DNA from: Hyaloraphidium curvatum SAG 235-1
Taxonomy: Eukaryota; Fungi; Monoblepharomycota
NCBI GenBank assembly: GCA_025558095.1
Contig: JAIVFI010000011.1
Span: forward strand, 496,001-560,000
Direction: 5' to 3'
Length of the DNA: 64,000 nucleotides
Shown: in pieces, positions 28,883 through 39,961 of the stretch
Layout: the number at the start of each line of letters is the position of its first letter
Position numbering within the stretch: the stretch's first letter is position 1
The notes under the pieces: generated by a model
The model's database searches: none
The model's input: the letters and a program-made list of their open reading frames with translations, nothing else
Told to the model about the DNA's origin: nothing
Made by a program: the position numbers and the translations under genes

Positions 28883-30538
28883 ATGGACCCCGTTCAAGAA
28901 GCCGCCCCTCAGCAGGAGGTTCAGCAGCCTCAGGAAGCTAACGATTTGCAGAACAACCCGCAGGCCCAGGCGATTATCCAAGCTGCGCAGGCCGCGATCC
29001 AGCAAGTCGGCGCCGCCGCCAACGACGTCGCCCAACTCGCCGCCCAGCAAGCCGCCCAGCAAGCCGTCGCCGATCAGCTTGCCGCTCAGCTCGTGGCGCA
29101 ACAGACCGCTCAGCAGTTGCCAGCTGCCCAAGTTCAACAGCAAGCCGCCGCCGAGCAGCTTGCAGCGCAGCAGCTCCAGCAGCTCGCCGCACAGCAGCAG
29201 GGTCAGCGGAGCGAGCAAGCCCCGGCTGTCAACGCTGCCGCCGCTGGTCTCCAGCCGCAGCAGTTCGTCGACGCCGTACGGGCCATCGTTGGCGCTCAGC
29301 CGCCGAACGATGGAAGCACCGGCCTCCCCCAGGCGGATCGCCAGGGCGGAGCCGCCAAGCTCCCGGCTCAGCTGCTGCCTGCTTCTGTTCAGCCCTTCGA
29401 TCCCGCTACGCAGGACCCGGAAGACTTCTTCCGCGACCTCACTACGGTTCTCACGGCGTTCGGCTCCATCAACAACCTCGTCAAGGTCTTCCCGGTCTTC
29501 CTTGGGCCTCTGCCGCGCGCAATGTGGCACAACATCACGCCGCAGAACCGCCCTCCGGACTATCCCGCGACGGCCACCTATCCTCCGGTGACCCAGAACG
29601 ATGTGCTTGCCTGGCTACGCTACCACTTCGAGCCCCGCGACGCATCGATGCATTATCGCCGGCACTACAACACGATTCAGATGACCAACGATGAGACCCT
29701 CGACGCCTTCGTTGCCCGCGTATCCCTGGCCGAGACGCGTTTCCTCTCGCACTGCGGCGATCAGCTTCCTACCAGGGAAGTGCAAGACAGCGTGTACGGC
29801 CAGAACCTGCTCTACGGACTGCGCCCGGAGCTACGCGGGAAGGCGCTGGAGCTCCTCGGGGATCACCTCATCAACCGCACTTCCGTCACCAAGGTCATCG
29901 AGAAGATGCGCACCGTCATGCAAGCATCGGGCCCTGCGCAGCCGCGCGACATCCGTTTCCTGGGCCAGAACTCGATTTCGGAGATTCCGGCTCTGGTCGG
30001 CCAGCACTCGTCTTCGGGCTCCTCCAAGGCGACCGACAAGGCGACGACGGAAGTGCTGCTGGCTCATACGCAGGCTCTCACAAAGCTGCTGGAGCCTAAG
30101 GGAGAGCGCAGGCCCACCGGTGGACCGCCGGGGGAGTCTGCGTTCCGGCCTCCGCGCCGTTTCGTCCCCTTCCAGTCTCGTCGGAGCCAGCCGTTGCCGC
30201 CTTCGGGGCCGAACAGCGACCTCGTCGAGATCAAGGAGCTCATCACCAAGCTGCTGCCGTCGCCTCGCCATCAGGTTCAGGCCGCGGAGACCAGGTCGAA
30301 CCCCCCCGCGAGGCCTCCTCCGATCGATCGGCCCCGCCAGCAGCAGGAGCGCCAGGATCGCCGGCCCTTCACCTCGGAGTACCGCGACCAGAAGCGCTTC
30401 CAGCCTCGCCACTGCCATCTCTGTGGCATGGATGGGCATGCTCAGGACGAGTGCTGGGAGTTGGAGAAGAATGCCAACCGCCGCCCACTCAACTGGAAGT
30501 CTCGCCTCGGCAACACCCCTTCGATGCCAAAAAACTAG
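28883..30538 (+). CDS. gag: Gag, unit 3
   Basis: Same translation as unit 1. Confidence 0.9.
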   Translation: MDPVQEAAPQQEVQQPQEANDLQNNPQAQAIIQAAQAAIQQVGAAANDVAQLAAQQAAQQAVADQLAAQLVAQQTAQQLPAAQVQQQAAAEQLAAQQLQQLAAQQQGQRSEQAPAVNAAAAGLQPQQFVDAVRAIVGAQPPNDGSTGLPQADRQGGAAKLPAQLLPASVQPFDPATQDPEDFFRDLTTVLTAFGSINNLVKVFPVFLGPLPRAMWHNITPQNRPPDYPATATYPPVTQNDVLAWLRYHFEPRDASMHYRRHYNTIQMTNDETLDAFVARVSLAETRFLSHCGDQLPTREVQDSVYGQNLLYGLRPELRGKALELLGDHLINRTSVTKVIEKMRTVMQASGPAQPRDIRFLGQNSISEIPALVGQHSSSGSSKATDKATTEVLLAHTQALTKLLEPKGERRPTGGPPGESAFRPPRRFVPFQSRRSQPLPPSGPNSDLVEIKELITKLLPSPRHQVQAAETRSNPPARPPPIDRPRQQQERQDRRPFTSEYRDQKRFQPRHCHLCGMDGHAQDECWELEKNANRRPLNWKSRLGNTPSMPKN

Positions 30539-33500
30539 CTTTGCCCTCAGTGCCGCACGGCCATAGGGGGGCAGAGATCCAAGCTCTTGAACCACATGTG
30601 GAACCTCTTCCTGGAACTTCCCCGCTGCCGGACGGCACGGACCCTTCATCTCCTGGCGGATCGCCGGAGTTGTCGGATTCCGCGACCGATGAACCGACGG
30701 CGGAGGACCACGTTCATCATTGGCCCTTCGGGGGCACGGAGTACATCCTCTTCCTCGAGGCGGAGGCAGCTCGACAGGCCGCCGTTCGTCAGCAGCGGGA
30801 GGCGCTCATGCCGATCGACGAGACCCTGGCCCCGCCGCCGGCAGCGGATTCGGCGTCGCCCGGCTCGGTCGAGGTCGTGGGAAACGGTGAACCGGCGGCA
30901 CAGGATGCGGACGCGGGATCAGCGGATGCACCTATGCACGAGGGCCCGACCGTCCGCGCCGTTCCCGGACCTTTCGAAAGGCCCCCTCCTCCTTCCGCCT
31001 ACGCACGACCACCGCTGCCTGGCCCTCGGCCTCGCCCGCGGCCACCTGCTCCGGTCGCCCCTCCGCCGGATCGCTGGACGTGGACTTCGCAAGTGCAGTT
31101 CCACTATCAGGCGGCACGCGTTTCGGCATGGGTCAACGGCGTGAATACCCCCGCGGCCCTCGTCGACTCCGGTGCCTCAGTGGTGGCGGTTCGGTCGTCC
31201 TTCTTCTGCCGGATCCACCCGTCGCCACCGATCAAACCATGGACACTCGGCACCCTCAGCACGGCCGCGGCCGGCGGAACCATGTGGGTCCGCGGAGTTG
31301 CTAAGATGGACATCCTGGTCGGGAATCAACACTGCGTCATGGACGTCGCCATCATGGACGGTCTCATGGACGACGTGATCCTCGGCACCCCTTGGCTCTC
31401 CGCCCTACGCGTTCAGATGGACTGGGAGACGCCGGTCCTCTATTTCAAGGACGATCCGGAGGGGGTCGTCGTGCCAATGCACATTGTTGCGCGACCGCTC
31501 TTCGGATCACACCTGGTCGCCCCGCTCCATTCAACCACCTCCATCACGGTCTACCCCAACGAGGACGTCTCGATCACCGCTGAGCTGGCCCCGACGACTC
31601 CCTTGGCGACCGTCGTGGAGATGGACTTGACAGGGGTCATCGAGACGCCGAACACTTCGCCGTTCGATCGCCTCTTCATCATCCCGTCGGCGACGCCCGA
31701 CAGAGACGGTCGGCTGCCGATTCTCATCCGCAACTACGGGACGACACCGGTCACGATCGGCCCGGGCACCCACCTCGGCCGCTTCCGCGTGCGGATTCCT
31801 GGATTTCTCGCTCCGGAACCGCCCACGTATCTGGCTCCCGCGCAGATCTCGATGCTGGAGCCCGAGCTGCCCCACACCGAACCGGCCGAATCCACGCTCA
31901 CGGTCGAGGAGACCATCGATCTGTTCGCGGTGCCCTCGCCGGGATCGATTGGACCACCTCAGCCTCCCGGCGTGGAGCCTCCTCCGGTCGAGGCTATCGA
32001 GCTCAAGATGGACCAAACGATCCTGAGCGAGGGGGACAAACCTCGTTTCCATAAGCTCTGCGACCGCTACCGGGACGTGTTTGGTCCTTGGATCGGCAAG
32101 CTGCGCAACCATCGCTTCCGGATCGACACGGGCGACCTCAAGCCGATCCACCAGATGCCGTACCGGACCCCGTTCCGGCTTCGCGGGGAAATGGACAAGA
32201 TCATCGACGACCTGCTCGTGCAGGGCGTAGTCGTCCCCTCGCGAAGCCCCTGGGCCACGCCCTGCATCATGGTGCCAAAAGGGCACGGCTCGGGCGAATG
32301 GCGCCTGGTGATCGATTACCGGAAGCTCAACGCCGCCACCAAGCGCGACGTCTACCCGATGAAGAACCCAAGCGACACTCTCGCTCTCCTCAGCGCGGCC
32401 AAGGTGTGGAGCGTTTGCGACATCCGCTCCGGCTTTTGGCACGTGGAGGTGGCCGACGAGGACAAGGAAAAGACGGCCTTCACGACGCACCGCGGTCTCT
32501 ACCAGTGGGAGCGGATGGCCATGGGCTTTACCAACGCTCCTGCAACCTTTGCTCGGATCATGGACGAGCTCCTCGCCGGCCTCCAGTGGTACTGCTTGGT
32601 GGTCTTCATCGACGACATCATTATCTTCTCGCAGACGGTCGACGAGCACCTCGTGCACCTGGAGCTCCTCTTTGACCGACTGCGCGAGGCCGGGATGACT
32701 CTGAAGCTGGCCAAATGCAAGTTCTTCCGCCGCGAGGTCAAATACCTCGGGCATTACGTCACCGCCGACGGCCTCAAGGTCGACCCCGAGAAGACCCGCG
32801 CGGTGGACCAGTTCCCCCGCCCAACGACCAAGAAGGAGCTCCAATCGTTTCTCGGCCTCTCCAACTACTATCGCCCCTTCATTGCCGGCTACGCCAACAT
32901 TGCCAGCCCGCTCACCCGCCTGACGCAGGACGGCGTCTCGGTCTCTCGGGCCTGGGACGACGCATGCGAGGCCGCCTTCCGTATGCTAAAGGAACGGCTT
33001 ACGTCGGCGCCCGTGCTCCGTCGCCCCGACTTTTCCAAGCGCTTCGTCTTGTTCACGGATGCCAGCGATATCGGCCTCGGCGCGGTGCTCAGCCAGCGGG
33101 ACTCCGATGGCAAGGAGTACGTCATCGCCTACGCCAGCCGCGCTCTGCAGCCGAACGAGCGCAAGTGGGACACTCGGGAGCGCGAAGCCCTGGCCGTTGT
33201 TTGGGCATGCGAGCATTTCCGGGCGTATTTGATCGGGGACGAGTTTGAGGTGGTCACCGACCATAGCGCCCTCAAATGGCTCTTGGAGACCTCCAAGCCG
33301 GGCCGCCTACAGCGCTGGATCCTCCGGCTCTCGGACTTCAGGTTCCAGATCATCCATCGCTCGGGCAAAGCGAACTCCAACGCCGACTTCCTGTCTCGTC
33401 AGCTCGTGGCGCCGTCGCCCGACGAGGACGTGCCTATGGGCGACCCCGAGGAAATCTTGGACATCCCTGCCTTTTGGCCCCCAAACCCTCCCGACCCCTT

Positions 33501-34605
33501 GCCTTTTTCTTCTTTTTCTGGGGGGGGACGGGCGCCCGGATTCCTCTCCGGGAGTGATCTCGGTCAGACTTCCCGTTCTTCGTCAACCCCAGTCACCGAG
33601 TCAGACTCGGGACGAGCTACTGCGGGTTCCTCAGTCAATTGTGAATCAATGGAGCGAGTGCTGTCTGGCACGGAGTTCCCGGCCACGGTTGCCGCAGTGG
33701 AGGGAACCCTGTGGAGCGATCCGGGGACCCTGCCCGAGGCTGCGGCACCGGAGACGCAGATCCTCCTGCCGATCCCAACGACGAACGCACAGGTCGACCC
33801 GGCAGACGTGCCTGAGCGAGACCTGGCGTTCCTTCATCCGGCACTGCTTGAGGTGCTACCCGATGTCGGGGGCATCAGTGCTATTGACCTTGCCGACGTC
33901 AGATCCCGGGATGCCCTGCGCAAAGTGCAAGAAGCCGACGTCGAGACCAGCGCGCTGATCCGCTTCGTACGAGACGGGGAGCTCCCTCCCAACGTGAATC
34001 TGGCCAAATTCTGCAAGAAGTACGGCGAGCAGTACTTCCTCGCTACGGACGGCGTGCTCTGCCGGCGCGATGTACTCGCGACTGGTACCCGTCGTATCCC
34101 GGTCACCCAGCTCGTGATACCGCACGAGCTGAGGGAGGCCTACCTGCAACGTGCGCACGACGATCCCCTGAGCGGGCACGTCGGGCGACACCGGGCGTAC
34201 AGCAATCTGCGGCGCCGCGTATATTGGGTCGGCATGGCGCACGACGTTCGCCGCTGGACGCGAGCCTGCCTTACATGCATGACCCGGAAGATGCCTTCGG
34301 TATCGAACCAGGGCTTACTGAAATCGGTTCCTCTCACAGGTCCCAACGAGGACATCTACATCGACTACATCGGCGAGATCAATCCAGCCTCTTCGGCCAG
34401 CGGCAACATCCCGCGCATGGCGGCCAGACGCACCAGTTGCAGGAAGCAGTCGACCACGTCGTCCTCCTGGCGCGGCGCTGAGCTCCCGTTCGAGGACCAC
34501 GCCGCTACGCTCTTACCTTGGTGCACAGCAGGACGTCGAAGGTCGGCAACCGAACCTCGAACCACGAACTCGGCGGGACGACGTTCGGCAGCTCCGCACT
34601 CATGA
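30529..34605 (+). CDS. pol: Pol, unit 3 (integrase core deleted)
   Basis: Same translation as unit 1. Confidence 0.9.
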   Translation, partial: KKLALPSVPHGHRGAEIQALEPHVEPLPGTSPLPDGTDPSSPGGSPELSDSATDEPTAEDHVHHWPFGGTEYILFLEAEAARQAAVRQQREALMPIDETLAPPPAADSASPGSVEVVGNGEPAAQDADAGSADAPMHEGPTVRAVPGPFERPPPPSAYARPPLPGPRPRPRPPAPVAPPPDRWTWTSQVQFHYQAARVSAWVNGVNTPAALVDSGASVVAVRSSFFCRIHPSPPIKPWTLGTLSTAAAGGTMWVRGVAKMDILVGNQHCVMDVAIMDGLMDDVILGTPWLSALRVQMDWETPVLYFKDDPEGVVVPMHIVARPLFGSHLVAPLHSTTSITVYPNEDVSITAELAPTTPLATVVEMDLTGVIETPNTSPFDRLFIIPSATPDRDGRLPILIRNYGTTPVTIGPGTHLGRFRVRIPGFLAPEPPTYLAPAQISMLEPELPHTEPAESTLTVEETIDLFAVPSPGSIGPPQPPGVEPPPVEAIELKMDQTILSEGDKPRFHKLCDRYRDVFGPWIGKLRNHRFRIDTGDLKPIHQMPYRTPFRLRGEMDKIIDDLLVQGVVVPSRSPWATPCIMVPKGHGSGEWRLVIDYRKLNAATKRDVYPMKNPSDTLALLSAAKVWSVCDIRSGFWHVEVADEDKEKTAFTTHRGLYQWERMAMGFTNAPATFARIMDELLAGLQWYCLVVFIDDIIIFSQTVDEHLVHLELLFDRLREAGMTLKLAKCKFFRREVKYLGHYVTADGLKVDPEKTRAVDQFPRPTTKKELQSFLGLSNYYRPFIAGYANIASPLTRLTQDGVSVSRAWDDACEAAFRMLKERLTSAPVLRRPDFSKRFVLFTDASDIGLGAVLSQRDSDGKEYVIAYASRALQPNERKWDTREREALAVVWACEHFRAYLIGDEFEVVTDHSALKWLLETSKPGRLQRWILRLSDFRFQIIHRSGKANSNADFLSRQLVAPSPDEDVPMGDPEEILDIPAFWPPNPPDPLPFSSFSGGGRAPGFLSGSDLGQTSRSSSTPVTESDSGRATAGSSVNCESMERVLSGTEFPATVAAVEGTLWSDPGTLPEAAAPETQILLPIPTTNAQVDPADVPERDLAFLHPALLEVLPDVGGISAIDLADVRSRDALRKVQEADVETSALIRFVRDGELPPNVNLAKFCKKYGEQYFLATDGVLCRRDVLATGTRRIPVTQLVIPHELREAYLQRAHDDPLSGHVGRHRAYSNLRRRVYWVGMAHDVRRWTRACLTCMTRKMPSVSNQGLLKSVPLTGPNEDIYIDYIGEINPASSASGNIPRMAARRTSCRKQSTTSSSWRGAELPFEDHAATLLPWCTAGRRRSATEPRTTNSAGRRSAAPHS

Positions 34606-34971
34606 CAGGCGCGGAGATCCCCCCAGCTCTTCTGGACCCTACGTCGCGATCCCCCGCGAGCGCTTTCGTCGACGCAATGGCGTACGGCCCTCGCTCGCGC
34701 CCCGTCCCCCGTGGCGGGGACTGGTGACCCGGTGTGCGGGCGAACTCGCGGTCGACTCGACTCGCAGTTGACTCGCGGTTGACTCGCGGTTGGCTCGCGG
34801 TTGACTCGCAAGTGACTCGCGAGTCACTCGCGAGTCGCTCGCAAGTCACTCGCGAGCGACTTGCGATGCACTCGCGAGTTGCCTGCGCTTCGCACCATAT
34901 AAGCGGCGGACCACAGGAGGCCGCGGCCGCGGACTACGCACCCAACGTCGACCTCGCCGCTACCGTCTCCC

Positions 34972-36237
34972 ATGGCGACCCCCACGACTGCCGGCCACAA
35001 CCTGCGGCCCCGCCGGCCGCATGTGGCCACGGCGCCGCCGCCGGCGACTGCGCCCGTCGCTGCGTTGCCTGGCGTCGTACCCCCGGACTATCGGTCGGCG
35101 CTTGCCTCCCTCTCGACCCGGCTGGACGACCTCCGGGCCGACCTCGACGTCAGACACTCCCAGACGACGGCCCACTTGCACAAGGTCGAGCAGGCCGCCT
35201 TCTCCGCGGTCATGCCCATCCGCGCAGCCCTCGACGCACTCCACCCGGTGCTCAACACCCTCGTCAATGTCGGCAACCTGGAGCAGCACGCTCTTGACCG
35301 CGTAACGGCGACGCTCGAGCAGCAAGAGGCCCGCCTGGACGCCCAGATCCGCCAGCAGCGTGACGAGCTCCAGGTGGTCCTCAGTGGCCGCCACCGCGAA
35401 CTTGAGTTCGCCGTCACCGCCTTGCGCCGGACCGACGACGCTCGTCTCGGTGCCATCGAGACGCAGCTCGACCGGCTTGCGTTGGTGCTCGAGGCTCAAC
35501 GTCAGAACTTCAACGGCATTCTCCTGGTGGACGAAGCTACCATCGAGGAGTTGAGGGAGTTCGGCTCTTCCCTCGCCGGGCTGGTTGCTCAGACCGGGAC
35601 CAACCTCGAAACCACCATCGAGACCGTCGTCGAGACCAATCTCGCCCGTCACAACAATGGCCCCATGGCGGAGTTTGCGGCCGACCTCAAGAGCGTCCTG
35701 GCGGCCCATCTGCAGCGATTTGGGTCGGAGCAGCACAAGCAGCTCATGCTTTCAGCTCAAGACCACACCACGCTCCTCACGGCCGGCCTGAACGCGCAGC
35801 GCGAGCACTTCACCAAGACCGCCGACGAGCAACGGGCCCTCCTGCGTCGCTTCCTCGGCAATCAAGTGGCTCCCCTGGCGGGGCAAACGACGCCCGCCGT
35901 GGTCACCTCCACGCCGGTCGGCCGCGTCAAGGACGAGGACCTCGTCACCTCCGACGATGAGGCTGGGGATATGCAACCTCCAGCTCCTCGCCCCGAGAGC
36001 GTGTCCAGCAGCGACGCCTCCTCCATCGTCTCGCAGGACGACGGCCTCTTGGCCGCCCTGTACGACGACATCCCGGCCGCTCCCTACAAGTCGACCATGC
36101 CCCCGGTCTACACCCCCTCGGCCGCGGACGGCTCAGCCGTGCATGCCGCCTTCGCTCTCGGCTTTACCCGCCGGCTCCGCGCCCCGCCGCCGAGCGACGA
36201 CGAGGCGGACGCCGACGTCGACTTTGAGGACGCCTAA
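34972..36237 (+). CDS. Accessory ORF3, unit 3
   Basis: Same translation as unit 1. Confidence 0.8.
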   Translation: MATPTTAGHNLRPRRPHVATAPPPATAPVAALPGVVPPDYRSALASLSTRLDDLRADLDVRHSQTTAHLHKVEQAAFSAVMPIRAALDALHPVLNTLVNVGNLEQHALDRVTATLEQQEARLDAQIRQQRDELQVVLSGRHRELEFAVTALRRTDDARLGAIETQLDRLALVLEAQRQNFNGILLVDEATIEELREFGSSLAGLVAQTGTNLETTIETVVETNLARHNNGPMAEFAADLKSVLAAHLQRFGSEQHKQLMLSAQDHTTLLTAGLNAQREHFTKTADEQRALLRRFLGNQVAPLAGQTTPAVVTSTPVGRVKDEDLVTSDDEAGDMQPPAPRPESVSSSDASSIVSQDDGLLAALYDDIPAAPYKSTMPPVYTPSAADGSAVHAAFALGFTRRLRAPPPSDDEADADVDFEDA

Positions 36238-36379
36238 GCCACCCTTCGGCCCTACACTCTCCAACATCTGTTGTCTCCACCTCGGCCTTCAACATCTTCT
36301 ACTGCAAGCATGACGTCACTCCGCGGAGGATCTTCGATTTCGTGGCGCCGAGGGCGGCGCCTTCTTTTGGGTGGGGGCG

Positions 36380-36855
36380 TGCGAAGGTACAGGACGTCTG
36401 ACATTCGGACAAGGGTATTTTCATTTTCGGTTCGGAGGCGTGGAGGCGTCGGTCCTCGCGATCGACTCGTGATCGACTCGCGATCGACTCGCGAGTGACT
36501 CGCGAGTCACTCGCGAGCGACTCGCGAGCGACTCGCAAGTGACTCGGCACAGCCACCCTCCTGGGATATATAAAGAGCGGGACATGTAACAGTACAATCT
36601 TGATCGCCAGTTGACTCTACGTGCTCTCCGTGTCGTTCGACCACCGTGCGGAACCCCGCCCGGCCGGATCCTCGTTCTGAGAGCCCTTGGGACGCACCCC
36701 GGGAGACATCCCGTAACCTCTTTCCCCCGGCTACAGTCAAGTATCTTCAGCGCTGTTCGCTTATTCATATTCAGGGCCTATCCGACCCGAAGAGCCGAGC
36801 GGGATTCGCGCGCCGGGTTAGAGCTTCAGGCCCGGTTCCGACCCGGACCGTCGCA
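36380..36855 (+). repeat. 3' LTR (A type), unit 3
   Basis: Copy of 14223-14698. Confidence 0.95.
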
Positions 36856-38466
36856 ATCCGACGCAAGAGAGTTGACTCCGTGCACTTCATCCTCAGACAC
36901 AGCATCAGGGTTAGAACCTCCGGAAAGGGAGATCACAGCAAGGGCAGACGTGGTCAGCAGCTGGAGAGCTGGCAATCCTTCTGCCGCCAAAGTTAAGGTA
37001 GCCAGAGCTGTTCGTACAAGCCCATAGAAGCCATGCCCATTACTCTCTGAGATACTTCCCGTACCTTGATGTCGTGCTGGTTGCCCATATTCCCTGCGCC
37101 TGCGCTTTGGTGGGGCACCGGCATCGTCTCCACCATCAGGTTCTGGCTCCGATGGGGCCTCCATTGATCCGGCTGATCCCAATCCCAAATTGCTTTTGGG
37201 GCTTACCGTGCACTTCAAAACCAATCGTGTTGGGGCAGCAAACACAAAATCGAAGGATCCAACAGGCATGATGCCCAAATGAGACACTTGGAAAAAGCAC
37301 ATATTTCCAAACGGTTTGCAGGGGTCCGGTGAGACATCAAGAAGAGCAGTGGCCCTTGGTGTGCAATGTAGTTGCACCGTATAGTCCCCTTCCACGAGTT
37401 CACGAAGATCTAGCTGCCCAGGTACAGGTGCAAAGCATTGCAACGCTTTCAGTTGCAAGCGCACTGCGCTATCATTGGAAAACTTAAGGCAAACCAGCTC
37501 CGTCTCCGTTTGCTCGTAATCATGAAGTACGGACAAAGAATCAATGCCGAAACCAGGACAGGCACTGATGTCCAGAACTGGACCACTCCAGAGTTTATAG
37601 GTCAGAGAAGGCTCCTTTGCCCCTTGACCAGACATTGATGTGGCCGATGATGCTAAGCTGGAATCAGTCCTTGGACGAGACATTGATCCGTGCGATGTTG
37701 CTATGCTGGATTCAGTCGGCGCAGTTTTCACAGGAATAGTGCAAGACGTTCTGTGCAGTTCCTCCCGTAGAGTCTCGCGTCGTTCTTCATCCTTTCAGTC
37801 ACTAACAAAGCATGTCAGAATGAACACGTGTTCAGAACACGCGAAACGGGGTCGATTACCCAAGATGGAGCTGTAGTGTCGGTCTGGAAATCAGCATTCT
37901 CAAGCTCCACCACGAAGTTGTCTTCAGAGTTTCCGGGGGCCGAGTCAGTGCCCGCGCTCGGCGTCCTGCTCATCGAGGGAACGAGAAGAGGGTTTTCGGC
38001 CGAAGGAGAGCTGCCGGCGGAAACCGATTGGCATGAAACGGGGAAGATGTCACTCTCCTCTTGCGTCGTTCACCCGCACCTTCCTCCCCGCTCAGAACGA
38101 CCAAGAGGTCCCTCTCCATCGTCATCCGACATGTGCGAAGGTACAGGACGTCTGACATTCGGACAAGGGTATTTTCATTTTCGGTTCGGAGGCGTGGAGG
38201 CGTCGGTCCTCGCGATCGATTCGTGATCGACTCGTGATCGACTCGCGATCGACTCGCGATCGACTCGCGATCGACTCGCGATCGACTCGCGATCGACTCG
38301 CAAGTGACTCGGCACAGCCACCCTCCTGGGATATATAAAGAGCGGGACATGTAACAGTACAATCTTGATCGCCAGTTGACTCTACGTGCTCTCCGTGTCG
38401 TTCGACCACCGTGCGGAACCCCGCCCGGCCGGATCCTCGTTCTGAGAGCCCTTGGGACGCACCCCG

Positions 38467-39629
38467 CCTTTGAGCGTGTCGAGGATGACACGGCCGCAGC
38501 GTACGCCGAGGCTGCGCGTGCTGGGCAACCGGTGGGCGCCGCGCCCGCCCGCCGTACGCTCCCTGCGGACGCCAGTTTCTTCGCCCAGCCGGTTTGGCAC
38601 GGCCTGCAGAGCGACCTTACGCGTCTCGAGGACCAGCGCCGCCTCGCGGCTCTGATTGCCTTGCAACCCACCACTTCCGCTGGTCTGGAGCGCCGCAAGC
38701 GGCTCGTCCAGGCGCAGGACGGCCTGTCGGCTTTCCTGACTGCCTCTCCCGCGCTGCTTGCCAACCACATTCGCAACAACTTTTTCCGCTTACTTGTACG
38801 CTTCCGGCTTTGCCTCCCGCTCCTGCACGAGGCCGACTACCCTGGTCTTTCCTTGCCCTGCCGGCGGGGCTGCAAGCGATCGGCCATGTCGCTGACGGGG
38901 GAGCACGCGTTCTCGGGCTGCTATGGCCGGGATCTCTTCAGTCCTGGTCACGACGACATTTGCGCGGCCATCCGCGCGGCGCTTCGCTCCATCCCGCTCC
39001 TCCGCGTGCACCCCATGCCGCCAAACCTCCTTGCGCATGGCTACGAGACTGTCACCCCGCCCACGCCTGCGGATGCTGGCCGCCTTGGCGACGTTCTCAT
39101 CACGCACCGCGAAACCCGGAAACGGTGGTTGCTCGAGATCAAGACCCTCACCTCTATGGCCCATTTGCACACGGGCCTGGTCTTCTCGGTCCCGGGCCAC
39201 GCAGTCGAACGGCGGGTCGAGGCCGCCAGGAAGGACTACTCCCGTTTCGTCTTCAACGCCAACTTCTACCCTCTGATCGTGCTTGCTTTTGATTCGTACA
39301 GCGCTGTCTCTGCCACTTTCTCGCGCTTCTCCTCGGAGATGGGGCGCATCCAGTATCCCGGGATCGTCGGCCGCGATGGGCAGCCCGTGGACCTCGATGG
39401 CCTTTACTCTCGTTTTGTGCGGCGCTTCCGCGAACGGATCGCGGTGGCCTGGGCTCTTGGCGTCGCGGCCCAACTCCAACACTGGCTTCAGCTGTGCACC
39501 GAAGCCGCCGCTGTCAACGCTCCGGCCCCCGCGCCGGTCGCATTTGGTTTGAATGTAGATGAGGAGCTGATTCTTGGGGCGTAGGGGGATTTCTAAGTGT
39601 ACGGTGGGATTGCTAGCTCCTCATTACAT
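38467..39629 (+). mobile_element. 5'-truncated RLE non-LTR retrotransposon, copy 3
   Basis: Same junctions and TSD as 16310-17472. Confidence 0.85.
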
Positions 39630-39961
39630 GACGCACCCCGGGAGACATCCCGTAACCTCTTTCCCCCGGCTACAGTCAAGTATCTTCAGCGCTGTTCGCT
39701 TATTCATATTCAGGGCCTATCCGACCCGAAGAGCCGAGCGGGATTCGCGCGCCGGGTTAGAGCTTCAGGCCCGGTTCCGACCCGGACCGTCGCACTGGTC
39801 CGACCTCCGTGATCCTGCTCTCGGGTCTTCGACACCTCGTTCGACTTCAGTTTCGACTTCGATAATCCAAAAACAACTTCGCCTGGCACCGGCGCTTGTC
39901 GACTGCCACTCTTTTCTGTCAACCGTATTCCGTCAACCAAGTTCATTCCCCTTCGCCAAAC